Source: an uncultured Nitrospiraceae bacterium (lineage in GTDB: Bacteria; Nitrospirota; Thermodesulfovibrionia; Thermodesulfovibrionales; SM23-35). Taken from it: a stretch of DNA of 64,000 bases. Position numbers and translations under genes: made by a program. The DNA lies in contig CAVSHB010000003.1 in the NCBI GenBank assembly GCA_963727775.1, positions 320,001-384,000 on the forward strand, read 5' to 3'. Below, one piece after another: positions 20,461-29,826 of this stretch. Position 1 is the stretch's first letter, and each line of letters opens with the position of its first letter. The notes under the pieces are model-generated. The model was not told the origin of the DNA, searched no databases, and saw only the letters and a program-made list of their open reading frames with translations.

Positions 20461-21690
20461 ATGTCGTCGTCCACGGAAGCCCTGCTGTCGGAGGTAGTAA
20501 AGAAGTGGGAAGTAGCCGATATCTTCCGGGAATTCGGAAAGGTCTATAGGCGTGAGAACTCAGTGCCTTATGCTCAGCGTAAAGTTATGCGGGCAATTGC
20601 CGTATGCCGGACCTCATATCTCGGTGGTCATGTGGAGAAGTGCAACAAATGCGGATTCGAGCAACACGCATACAACTCCTGCCGCAACCGTCATTGCCCA
20701 AAGTGTCAGTGTCTGACAAAAGCACGATGGCTTGAAGACCGCAAGGCTGAGCTTCTGCCGGTGCCGTACTTCCACAATGTCTTTACCCTGCCACATGAAT
20801 TGAATCCTATTGCCCTCAGTAACAGGAAAGCGATCTTCTCTATCCTGTTCAAGGCAGTCTCCGAAACCCTTCTTCAATTCGGCATCAACAATCTTGGTGG
20901 CACGCTTGGCTTTACAGCCATACTGCACACATGGGACCAGAGACTTCTGGGCCATATTCATCTGCATTGTGTAATAGCGGGAGGCGCCCTGTCGCTGGAC
21001 AAAACAAGGTGGATACCCTCGGCAGAAAACTATCTCTTCAATGTAGAAGCTCTCTCTCTGGTATTCAGGGGAAAGTTCATTGAAAACCTGCAGAAGACCT
21101 ACGCAAAGGGTGAGCTGGATTTCCCGGGAACCATTGCAAAGTATGCAACTCCTGAGGGGTTTTCGGGGTTGATAAAAGACCTCAGGGCAAAGAACTGGGT
21201 CGTATTTTCCAAAAAGCCCTTTGCGGGGCCTCAACAGGTTCTCGAGTATATTGGCAGATATACACACAGGGTGGCCATATCGAATAACCGCATAGTGGGT
21301 GTTCAGAACGGTATGGTCACCTTTACCTACAGAGACAGAAAAGATAACAATACCCTTAAATTGACGACAGTAGACTCAGGAGAATTCATCAGACGGTTTC
21401 TTCTTCATGTGCTTCCTCCCGGGTTCATGAAGATACGGCATTTCGGTTTTCTGGCCAACAAGCAAAAGAAAGAGACTATACAGCTCTGCAGAGAACTGAT
21501 AGGCGACAACACTCAACGTCCCGAACGAGAAAAGAAAACCGCAACTGAACTGATGATCGAGCTTACGGGCATAGATATTACCAGATGCCCCTGCTGCAGG
21601 GAAGGCACCATGATCACCGTGATGGAAATGCCATATCCTTCAAGAAGATCATATCGTTATTCCCATAGCGGTTACAAGGACTCATCGTGA
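20461..21690 (+). CDS. IS91-family (Y2 HUH) transposase with zinc-binding N-terminus
   Basis: YNSCRNRHCPKC, FTLP, HIHLHC, YIGRY and FIRRFLLHVLPPGFMKIRHFG. Confidence 0.95.
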   Translation: MSSSTEALLSEVVKKWEVADIFREFGKVYRRENSVPYAQRKVMRAIAVCRTSYLGGHVEKCNKCGFEQHAYNSCRNRHCPKCQCLTKARWLEDRKAELLPVPYFHNVFTLPHELNPIALSNRKAIFSILFKAVSETLLQFGINNLGGTLGFTAILHTWDQRLLGHIHLHCVIAGGALSLDKTRWIPSAENYLFNVEALSLVFRGKFIENLQKTYAKGELDFPGTIAKYATPEGFSGLIKDLRAKNWVVFSKKPFAGPQQVLEYIGRYTHRVAISNNRIVGVQNGMVTFTYRDRKDNNTLKLTTVDSGEFIRRFLLHVLPPGFMKIRHFGFLANKQKKETIQLCRELIGDNTQRPEREKKTATELMIELTGIDITRCPCCREGTMITVMEMPYPSRRSYRYSHSGYKDSS

Positions 21691-22087
21691 TTATGGATAT
21701 TGTCTCTCGGAAACGGAAGAACCGAAAAGGCTTTGGAACAAGTCACCGAAAAGTTCTGTCTCCTCAGCCTACTTTTCAGCAAACAGTCTCTATTCCCGGT
21801 GGCGTCAAAGCTGATATCCAGTCTATAAGTTCGAGAACCTCAGCGAAAATATTCCTTATAGCCACCAAATACTGCTTCATAGAATAATTCTCATCCTTTA
21901 CAATCCCCATACTCTTTGTTCACACTCCCCCGGGCGGCTCAGCTCAATTTGTTTTATCCGCAATGCCTTTCGGCACTACGGATAAAACACTATTCATTAT
22001 GTGGAGTTCCCCGTTATGTGAAGTAAACCTTGCAAGTATATGAATCACAATAATTATCGCTCAATCTACTTCACATAACGGGTAGGC

Positions 22088-23101
22088 TTACAGTGATTCA
22101 AGCCAGCCTATGATATCATTGTTGTGTTTGATAAGATGCTGCAGGTTCTCGACCTTGCATGCTGGCGCACAAGTCGAAAGGGCCTTACGTTTCATCTCAA
22201 GATCGATTTCCACATATGCATGGGTAGTATCGAGATTGACATGGCCGAGCCAGTTTTTGATTACAGTGAGATCAACCCCCGACTGGAGCAAATGCATAGC
22301 CGTTGTGTGGCGGAACGTATGGGGGCCAACTTTCTTTTTAGCGAGACTGGGACATTGCTCTGTGGCGGCAGAAATTCGCGCCCGGATTATATAGCGCACT
22401 CCGAACCGCGTCAACGGGTATCCTCTGGAGTTTATGAAGACGTTATTCAGAGCAACTGTAAAATGTCCCCGCTCTGCAATATATGATTTTAACAGCGTTG
22501 CTGTTTCAGGCCACAGAGGAACTTGTCTGGTTTTACGACCCTTGCCGGTAATAATCGCGAGCGGCGGCGGTTCGAAATGAACATGCTCCATGCAAAGATC
22601 GCAAGCCTCCTGGACGCGGGCTCCCGTATTATAGAGGAAGTTTAACAGAGCATAGTCTCGCCTGCCGGATGCTTTTTTGCGGTCAATGCAGTCTATGACA
22701 GCCTTTACTTCATTAATCTCAAGATACTCCATCATTGGATGAGAAGATTGTTTAAGTGGGATCGAGATAACTCTTTGATATTGGCTGGCATGCAGAGTGT
22801 CTTGCGTTATAAGATATTCGAAAAAGGTGCGCAAAGCGCTGAGCCGAAGATTTCTGGTTGCTACAGTGCACCGGCGTGTTTTCTCTATATGGATCAAGAA
22901 CGCAAGAACGTTTTCGGCACTCAGATCATCAAGCGATAGTTTTGAGGTGCGGCTTTGGATATGCTTTGATAAAAAGGCCAGAAAAAGTTTGATCGCATCC
23001 CTATAGGCCAAGACGGTATTACTGCTGAGTCCGCGATGGGCTTTGAGATAATCCTGGAAGAACTTTTGGACGTAATGCATCAATATTTCAGATTTGTTCA
23101 T
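22088..23101 (-). CDS. RIT tyrosine recombinase C
   Basis: TRNLRLSALRTFF, YNTGARVQE, GKGRK, HTFRH and LGHVNLDTTHAY. Confidence 0.92.
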   Translation of the reverse strand: MNKSEILMHYVQKFFQDYLKAHRGLSSNTVLAYRDAIKLFLAFLSKHIQSRTSKLSLDDLSAENVLAFLIHIEKTRRCTVATRNLRLSALRTFFEYLITQDTLHASQYQRVISIPLKQSSHPMMEYLEINEVKAVIDCIDRKKASGRRDYALLNFLYNTGARVQEACDLCMEHVHFEPPPLAIITGKGRKTRQVPLWPETATLLKSYIAERGHFTVALNNVFINSRGYPLTRFGVRYIIRARISAATEQCPSLAKKKVGPHTFRHTTAMHLLQSGVDLTVIKNWLGHVNLDTTHAYVEIDLEMKRKALSTCAPACKVENLQHLIKHNNDIIGWLESL

Positions 23102-24093
23102 TGCCGACCTCCTCTCAGAAGATTGTCTGATTTATAGACATGTTCGTAAAACTTCTTCCCGGCGGTTGCTAAAAGATCGGCCGCTGGATGCAAATAAACC
23201 TGGGTGTCCCTGATATGGACATGCCCAAGGTATGTTGCAAGTAAAGGCAGAGAGGCGTTAGGATCCTTTCCTTGCTGGTAAACTTCATTCAGATATCTGG
23301 TAGCGAATGCATGCCTGAAATCGTGCAGGCGAGGGGTATTGCCTTGAGCAGTTATGATGCCTGATTGTCGTATCAGAACTATGAACGTGGACTCGACGCC
23401 ACTGTAGGAGCATCTCTTTGAATGTATATTTATAAAGAAGGGAGCACCGGGTCTTTGGTCATAGCCGTGTTCTGCACGAAGTTGTCTGTATGTTTCAAGA
23501 GCAGCGGCAGAAGATAGTGTCAACGGGACAAGTCGTGACTTGAAGAATTTGCTTTCCCGGATATGCAAAACAGCGTTGTCCGTATCAACGTCTTCTAAAT
23601 TCAGCTTCAGAGCTTCTCTAATCCGCAGGCCGGATACCCACAAAAGCGAAATCAATGTGCTATAGGTGTGGGGGCGCAATGAACCACGAGGATTAAGCAT
23701 TCTTGCCAACCTGATCAATTTCATTGCCTCTTCAGTCGTATAGATATGGGGCAGTCTGATAGTTGGCCCTCGTTTAATCAATCTTGATTCTGGAACGTAA
23801 TTATCCGGGTTGAGCTGAAATAGGAACCGGCAGAACTGGCGCAAATGTATAAACCGAAGATATAAGGTAGATGCATGCAGGTGTTTGGCCGCTTGAAGGT
23901 AGCTGACTATCATTGGCTTCGTCACAGTTTTCGCATCTGGAAAGTATCGGGCTAAATAGAAATTGAATTTATTCAGGGTGTACTCGGCGTCTTTAAGAAT
24001 ACGGCCAAGTGACCGGCGCAGCTGCAGATATTGGTTAATAAAAATACTGAATGGTCCGTTTGATAGTTTTTTCATGACAAAACCTCCAGCCAT
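23098..24093 (-). CDS. RIT tyrosine recombinase B
   Basis: SGLRIRE, SKFFKSRLVP, HDFRHAFA and LATYLGH...TQVY; true start may be the ATG near 24075. Confidence 0.92.
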   Translation of the reverse strand: MAGGFVMKKLSNGPFSIFINQYLQLRRSLGRILKDAEYTLNKFNFYLARYFPDAKTVTKPMIVSYLQAAKHLHASTLYLRFIHLRQFCRFLFQLNPDNYVPESRLIKRGPTIRLPHIYTTEEAMKLIRLARMLNPRGSLRPHTYSTLISLLWVSGLRIREALKLNLEDVDTDNAVLHIRESKFFKSRLVPLTLSSAAALETYRQLRAEHGYDQRPGAPFFINIHSKRCSYSGVESTFIVLIRQSGIITAQGNTPRLHDFRHAFATRYLNEVYQQGKDPNASLPLLATYLGHVHIRDTQVYLHPAADLLATAGKKFYEHVYKSDNLLRGGRQ

Positions 24094-25010
24094 TCACACG
24101 CCACAAGACGAAGGTGTTTGAGATCGACTTTTGTATAGATGAAGGTGGTGTTTATAGATTTATGCCCCAACAAATCAGCTATCGTCTTGATAGGGGTTTC
24201 ATGTTCCATCAGTCGTGTCGCAAAGGCATGCCGTATGGCATGTGCACTCGCAGCGATACCTGCACTACGGAAAAATCTCTGCATTAAGACCGAAAGAGCA
24301 ACGGCCCTCAGAGGCATAAGGTTATCAATAGTAAGAAACACTTCTGGATAGGTAGCCTTACCACGTGTTTCCCGTATATAGGCAAGCAGCGCATCTGCAA
24401 CCTTTGGGTAAAGAGGGAAAGTTAAAGGGTTACCGCCCTTGCTCGGCTGAATATGGATTAAGCCTTTACGCCAGTTTATGTCCTGCAACAGGAGTTTTAC
24501 TACCTGACCTATTCGCACCCCATATGTCGCCAATAGTTGTAATACTGCATAAGTCCTTCTGCCACGATGAGTTTCACGATCGGTACCAGCAAGAAGTTTT
24601 TCGACAGACTCCCATGGGATACTGCGAGGAACTCTCCCTAATTTGGGGGTTACAATAACTGGGACAGCGTCTGTAAGGTTTTGATGGACATATCCTTTGA
24701 AATGGCAAAACTTTAAGAAGCTTCGAATTGATGTAACAACATGTTTTTGACTTGGACGGTTCATGTGTTTAGCCGTCTTGATAACGTAATCGTGAATCTC
24801 CTTTCCTGATATCTTCCCGATATCTTCCGAATCATTTTGTAGTCTCAGTGATCTCAGAAAAGGCCCAACATCATTCCTTCGAAAACGGATGGTCTTTTCT
24901 GAAATGCCCCGATGCTTGAACAAAAAATCCAGATACTCACTGAGCAGCTTCGATTGGTACGCCCCAACGCAGATACATTCCTTTTGCTCTTGAGACACAA
25001 CCATATGCAC
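24072..25010 (-). CDS. RIT tyrosine recombinase A
   Basis: YGVR, SKGG, HAIRHAFA and IADLLGHKSINTTFIYTKVD. Confidence 0.9.
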   Translation of the reverse strand: MHMVVSQEQKECICVGAYQSKLLSEYLDFLFKHRGISEKTIRFRRNDVGPFLRSLRLQNDSEDIGKISGKEIHDYVIKTAKHMNRPSQKHVVTSIRSFLKFCHFKGYVHQNLTDAVPVIVTPKLGRVPRSIPWESVEKLLAGTDRETHRGRRTYAVLQLLATYGVRIGQVVKLLLQDINWRKGLIHIQPSKGGNPLTFPLYPKVADALLAYIRETRGKATYPEVFLTIDNLMPLRAVALSVLMQRFFRSAGIAASAHAIRHAFATRLMEHETPIKTIADLLGHKSINTTFIYTKVDLKHLRLVACEWLEVLS

Positions 25011-25369
25011 CTCCTCGTTAATGTAGATATTTCAGTGAGGAGTATATCTATTATCAACTTATTATTATGTGGAGTAAATTTTTTCAGAATACTTATTTGA
25101 TAAGGAGTTAAGGCTGCTACTTCACATAACGGGGAACTCCACATAATGGCTGAAAGAGAGATTTTGAAATCGGACCCGATTGTGTTTCTTTCTGGATGTA
25201 CTGCGCCGCAATGATTTTTTCTCGGGTGTGAGGATTTCTTTTGAAAAGTGTGAGGGCCCTGATTCGACCGTGGTGTCAGGTAGTAGGTGTTACCAACAAA
25301 GGGATGGTGCATGGTACGGAGAAAAACATAGAGCCTCGCCTTGTTAAAGGCTTCGGTCTGTTCCTTTGG

Positions 25370-25423
25370 CCGAACCTGGCAACCTCTCGCCGGAATAGGT
25401 GGCCGGATTCGTCGGAATCTCCA
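25370..25423. mobile_element. Possible IS21-like terminal remnant
   Basis: Repeated CCGGA/CGGAAT units ending in CA; shares an 18-mer with 1753-1770. Confidence 0.35.
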
Positions 25424-25460
25424 TAAGTTCGCTGTTAACCCGATTCATAAAATTTTCGTC

Positions 25461-25571
25461 TGCCGACAAATACAGTATTTGCGCTCATTCTCGGCCCGGT
25501 ACAAATCGGGCTTCCGAGGTAAATTCTTTCTTCGAAAGAATATAGCCGCTTAAATACTGCATCTGTCGGCA
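25461..25571 (-). repeat. Structured dispersed element, copy A (candidate ncRNA)
   Basis: Reverse complement contains GTATTT..GCGG..ATTCT..AGAATTTACCTCGGA..CGAGAATGAGCG..AAATAC inside a 20-bp closing stem. Confidence 0.85.
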
Positions 25572-25591
25572 ATCTTAATGAATAATGTAGG

Positions 25592-26374
25592 TTAATAATT
25601 AGTTTGGAGCGGCGACAAAACGGTTTGTTCTACTGTTTTACATATTTGAGAGGCTGTCTTTTCCCGGTACTCTTCGATAGTTACAGGATCATGTAAAAAC
25701 ACCCTGACGTGAATCTTTTTTTGAGAGCTGACCCTAATCGCATTTTCTTTAAAAGATTGAGGCTTGTTCCACGCAATTTCCCTTTCTTCTTTATAATGGA
25801 GGGTCACCGGCAATAAAGAAATATTCGGGTTGAGTTCGACTACCTTAAAAATACCTCTATTAAAAGATATCTTTTCCTGAATGCCGCTGGTCGTTCCCTG
25901 CGGGAAAACAGCAAGTATCCGTCCTGAACAACCGCCGGCAATAGCATTAATCACTCTGAGTCTTTCCCTTGAAGAACTGCGTTCAAAAAAAATAACGCCT
26001 GCCAGTCCTGCGATCTGTCCGATTATCGGATAATACCTTACTTCCGCTTTGCTTACGAACACAGAGCCGAATAAAGCCGATAGAACAAAAATATCGAGAA
26101 AGCTAACGTGGTTTGAAACTATTATAAGGTCCTTTCTTTGCCGGGGAATTCGTGAATCAGCTCCGTATTCAATCTTGACCCGAAAAACTGAGAGGCAGAT
26201 TTTTGAATAAAACTGCACAAGCTTCGGACCGACACCATATCGCCACCTGTAGAAGATGAACAATATCAGAAAATAAAATGGCGCTAGGATAAGGGTAATA
26301 ATCAGACACAAAGCCGTCTTCCAATAAAACATCCACAGACTGTTTTGTATATTTTCCTGCTCCGGCTCCGTCAC
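25592..26374 (-). CDS. 1-acyl-sn-glycerol-3-phosphate acyltransferase family (PlsC-like)
   Basis: SNHVSFLD, FVSKAE, FFER and FPQGT motifs. Confidence 0.88.
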   Translation of the reverse strand: MTEPEQENIQNSLWMFYWKTALCLIITLILAPFYFLILFIFYRWRYGVGPKLVQFYSKICLSVFRVKIEYGADSRIPRQRKDLIIVSNHVSFLDIFVLSALFGSVFVSKAEVRYYPIIGQIAGLAGVIFFERSSSRERLRVINAIAGGCSGRILAVFPQGTTSGIQEKISFNRGIFKVVELNPNISLLPVTLHYKEEREIAWNKPQSFKENAIRVSSQKKIHVRVFLHDPVTIEEYREKTASQICKTVEQTVLSPLQTNY

Positions 26375-26586
26375 GTTGACTATTTACCTTCCCATAATCA
26401 TCCCTCTCGGGCGATATTGATAGCTGCGAGTATGCAGTATTTTAATCCATTGAACGACCGATAATAAATCGCCTGCAAATATATCGCACGTCAGACTTAC
26501 GGTGTAAATAAGGAAGAAGGGGTATCCCGTACTTTGAGGATAAAGAATAATCAGGTATACTTTTATAAACTAACCATTTATAACTT

Positions 26587-27039
26587 ATGAGAGAATGTCA
26601 TTTTTCATCAAAGTTAAGCAGCAAATATTATAAAGCTCTTGAGAAATTGCTATTTTTTAACAAGAAACAAGCATTTCTTATTAGAGATATTGAAAAAAGT
26701 ATTGAAGAATATGGCGTCCCCAGGATAGTTGCTGATGGAGAAACTTTCCGTATTAAGACTGGTTCAATTAATGATGTCCAAAATTTATTTGCTTTTGATA
26801 GTGAAACTGAAGATGCTGACCTCATTGGATTTATACTATACTATCGTCCTACTTTAAATAAGATAATTATTCTACACATTGCAGTTGATGAAAACTATGC
26901 TTTTGATGGAAAATTCTCAGATCAGACATTAACAATACAGTTGATCAACAAGGTCAAGGAAATTGCTCTTAAAATCAGAGGTATTGAATTATTAAGCATT
27001 GCTTATGGAAAAGACTTTACTATTCCTATAAGAGAATAA
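26587..27039 (+). CDS. Hypothetical protein (possible GNAT-like fold)
   Basis: 150-aa AT-rich ORF; IGFILYY...ILHIAVDENY pattern. Confidence 0.55.
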   Translation: MRECHFSSKLSSKYYKALEKLLFFNKKQAFLIRDIEKSIEEYGVPRIVADGETFRIKTGSINDVQNLFAFDSETEDADLIGFILYYRPTLNKIIILHIAVDENYAFDGKFSDQTLTIQLINKVKEIALKIRGIELLSIAYGKDFTIPIRE

Positions 27040-27386
27040 AATAAATATTCCATATGTCTGTATTTATCAGATCTCATGTTTTCGTTTGAAATATTGCATT
27101 GAATGTTTCAATTTCAAATCACAACTTCTTCAGAAGAGGAAGGAAGTCGCCCGGCATTAATCGCTGAATATTTCCTCCTGAATTAAACGGGGCATATTTG
27201 AGGGCTGCACCTTATAAATTCGTCTTTATGTGAGTTTCAGATGTATAACTAAGTTTGCAATCCAGTCTCCCATCTTTGTCTCAGTTAGAACATATAAAAG
27301 CGAAACTATAATTATTGTTAAAATAGTCGATAGTAAAAGTAGAAATAATAATATGTTTGATCATATTTCCCATCTTTTTTGTAAGT

Positions 27387-27626
27387 TCAAGCCTCTTTTT
27401 TACAGTTTAGATTTAAGTTCTTTTTTTCAAAATAGTCTCTAATTTCCTCTTCAGTAAACTGGAAATGCTTTAATACTAAGTAGCTGTCCATCCCTTCCTT
27501 TTTTGAAGCCTCAAAAACAATCTCTATCATTTTTTCCACTGGTATATGGGTAGGACAATCTCGGTCAAGTTCAATAGAGATTTCTTTATTAAATTTATCT
27601 TTAAATGATTCCTTCAGATTTTTCAA
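27387..27626 (-). CDS. Small hypothetical protein
   Basis: 79-aa ORF, TTG start preceded by AGAGGTGG. Confidence 0.4.
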   Translation of the reverse strand: MKNLKESFKDKFNKEISIELDRDCPTHIPVEKMIEIVFEASKKEGMDSYLVLKHFQFTEEEIRDYFEKKNLNLNCKKEA

Positions 27627-28077
27627 GCAGCCACCTCTCTTACCAATTAAACACTACCTCCTCATTCTTGTTGTTCCGATAAAAAGTGATATTCTTCTAT
27701 TATCTTTTTAATCAATAAATGTCTCTCGCTTAAAGGGACCGCCAAATAGAAACGCGAATCCATCAAAATTGTTATCACTTCTTTTGTCTTATTTTTGTAA
27801 GTTAGCTTTTCCATATTTGTTCTTAGCAATATCCGAAGAACTCATATACTTATTATTGTCCTTTATGCATAAAAAAGATGTCGGTATCTGTCTGATTTTA
27901 TTATCGGTATTTATGTCATTCTTCTGTAAGTGCATGTCCTACATACGGTGCGCATAAAAGGGAATCCTGATAAGTATTTAGGTGGGTTGTTTCCTGGGCT
28001 GAATGTGGCGTACTTCCTCTTCTAAGGAAGTTATTGAGAGGGGTAGGTAAAAAAGAGAGAACCTATTCTAATTAAAT

Positions 28078-28108
28078 AGAAGTGCCTCCACTTATTAGAA
28101 GAGGCACC
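28078..28108 (-). terminator. Terminator after the HU gene
   Basis: GTGCCTC...GAGGCAC stem with T-rich tail on the minus strand. Confidence 0.6.
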
Positions 28109-28126
28109 TTATTAAATTACAATAAA

Positions 28127-28399
28127 TTATTTTACTGCGTCCTTTAAAGCCTTCCCCGCTGTAAATTTAGGTGCTTTCCGAGCAGCAATCTTAATTATTG
28201 CACCTGTTTGAGGATTACGCCCCTTCCGTGCCTTCCTCTTTGAAACCGAGAAAGTCCCGAAGCCCACAAGGGCTACCTTGTTCCCTTTCTTCAGCGTCTT
28301 GGCAACTGCATCAATAAATGATTTAAGAGCCTTTTCCGCTACTGCCTTTGACGCCCCTGAGTCGTTAGCCATTTTTTCTACAAGTTCTGCTTTTGTCAT
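28127..28399 (-). CDS. hup: DNA-binding protein HU
   Basis: [22 protein letters not shown] and [14 protein letters not shown]. Confidence 0.97.
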   Translation of the reverse strand: MTKAELVEKMANDSGASKAVAEKALKSFIDAVAKTLKKGNKVALVGFGTFSVSKRKARKGRNPQTGAIIKIAARKAPKFTAGKALKDAVK

Positions 28400-28571
28400 A
28401 GAGACCCTCCGTTAATATTTATTGTTAGAAAGTATACCATGCCTGCGTTGAAAAATAGCTATCAGAAACCGGTACAGCCTGCGGGCAATATTCCTTGCCG
28501 GTGCGGCAAATTGACTGAGGGCTCTGATCTGCCCTCATTAAAAACCACAAGAAATTAACAAGTTGCAAAAA

Positions 28572-28587
28572 TGGTATCTATTTTGCG
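28572..28587 (+). promoter_or_regulatory. Possible sigma54 promoter for the TIGR03118-like gene
   Basis: TGGTATCTATTTTGCG gives GG-N10-GC about 50 bp before the start codon. Confidence 0.35.
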
Positions 28588-28633
28588 AGGATGGGGTAAA
28601 ATAGAAAAAATCCAATATTAAAAGGAGGTATTT

Positions 28634-29731
28634 ATGATGAGTACATTTCAGAGTAATTGGTACAGGAACTTATGTGCTCTTACATTAGCTTTAACAATGG
28701 TTTTGTTATCGGGCTTATCGGTTTATGCCGCCGGCAACTCCTACCACCAAGATAATCTGGTATCTGATAAAACTGGAGTGGCAGATCATATCGATTTAAG
28801 TCTCGTCAACGCCTGGGGAATTGCCTTTCATCCTAACGGGGTTGCGTGGGTTGCCGACAATGGCACGGGCAAGGCAACAGCCTATGATGGCTTGGGAAAC
28901 AAGGTGACCGAAATAACTGTCCCGCCGCCGGCCGGGAGTCCTCAGGGAACAACGTCAGCACCCACCGGCATAGTCTTCAGTTTTTCAGACTTCGCGGTAA
29001 CCAAGAATAATATTTCCGGTTTGAGCACCTTCATTATTGCGACGGAGGACGGAACTATATCGGGGTGGAATCAAGCCGTCGATGCTGCTAACGCTATACT
29101 CGCGGTAGACAATTCTTCGACAGGCGCGGTTTATAAGGGGATTGCCATAGCTGCCAACGGAACAGACCGCTTTCTCTATGCTACCGATTTCCACAACAAC
29201 AAGATTGATGTTTTTGATAAAGACTTTAAATCAGCTACACTGCCATGTTCATTCAGCGATCCGAAAATACCGGCCGGCTTTGCGCCCTTCGGTATCCACA
29301 ATGTCAGAGGCAACCTGTATGTTACTTATGCTAAACAAAATGCAGTAAAACATGATGACGTTGCGGGCAGAGGCCTAGGGTTCGTCGATGTTTATAATGC
29401 AAACGGCTGCCTCATCCAGCGCGTTATTAGGCGTGGGCAGCTCAATGCACCATGGGGGGTTGCAGTGGCTCCCGCAGATTTCGGCAAATTCAGCAATACG
29501 TTGCTGATCGGTAACTTTGGGGATGGCGGTATCAATGCATTTGACATCGGATCGGGTAATTTCCGGGGTACGCTGAGGAGGCCGAGCAACGGGCAACCTC
29601 TTGTGATAGACGGACTATGGGGAATAGCCTTCGGCAACGGTGTCAACAATCAACCGATTAACTCACTGTTTTTTACGGCTGGCCCCAATGGCGAAAGCGA
29701 TGGGCTCTTTGGAACGGTAGAGGCTGAATAA
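28634..29731 (+). CDS. TIGR03118-family exported protein
   Basis: Signal peptide; NLVSD, LVNAWGI, WVADNGTG, GFAPFGI, LNAPWG, GNFGDG, IDGLWG and FFTAGP; no PEP-CTERM tail. Confidence 0.88.
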   Translation: MMSTFQSNWYRNLCALTLALTMVLLSGLSVYAAGNSYHQDNLVSDKTGVADHIDLSLVNAWGIAFHPNGVAWVADNGTGKATAYDGLGNKVTEITVPPPAGSPQGTTSAPTGIVFSFSDFAVTKNNISGLSTFIIATEDGTISGWNQAVDAANAILAVDNSSTGAVYKGIAIAANGTDRFLYATDFHNNKIDVFDKDFKSATLPCSFSDPKIPAGFAPFGIHNVRGNLYVTYAKQNAVKHDDVAGRGLGFVDVYNANGCLIQRVIRRGQLNAPWGVAVAPADFGKFSNTLLIGNFGDGGINAFDIGSGNFRGTLRRPSNGQPLVIDGLWGIAFGNGVNNQPINSLFFTAGPNGESDGLFGTVEAE

Positions 29732-29737
29732 TAGGCC

Positions 29738-29770
29738 AAAAGGGCAGTGTCGAAAAACCACTGCCCTTTT
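29738..29770. terminator. Bidirectional rho-independent terminator
   Basis: AAAAGGGCAGTG...CACTGCCCTTTT between convergent genes. Confidence 0.85.
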
Positions 29771-29826
29771 CTTTTTTCCACCGTTCTGTCGAGCACTTGT
29801 GCAACAAATAATCTGAATTAGAGGCT

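Larger units (their letters stand above)
19433..21996 (+). mobile_element. Integrase + IS91-like Y2 transposase element
   Basis: Two-gene module; imperfect IR ATTGAACTAAGCCGC (19458-19472) / GCGGCTCAGCTCAAT (21934-21948); terminal hairpin at 21950-21989; exact ends inferred. Confidence 0.75.
21995..25148 (-). mobile_element. RIT (recombinase-in-trio) element
   Basis: Three overlapping tyrosine recombinase genes bounded by a perfect 31-bp IR CATTATGTGGAGTTCCCCGTTATGTGAAGTA (21995-22025 / 25118-25148). Confidence 0.92.
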
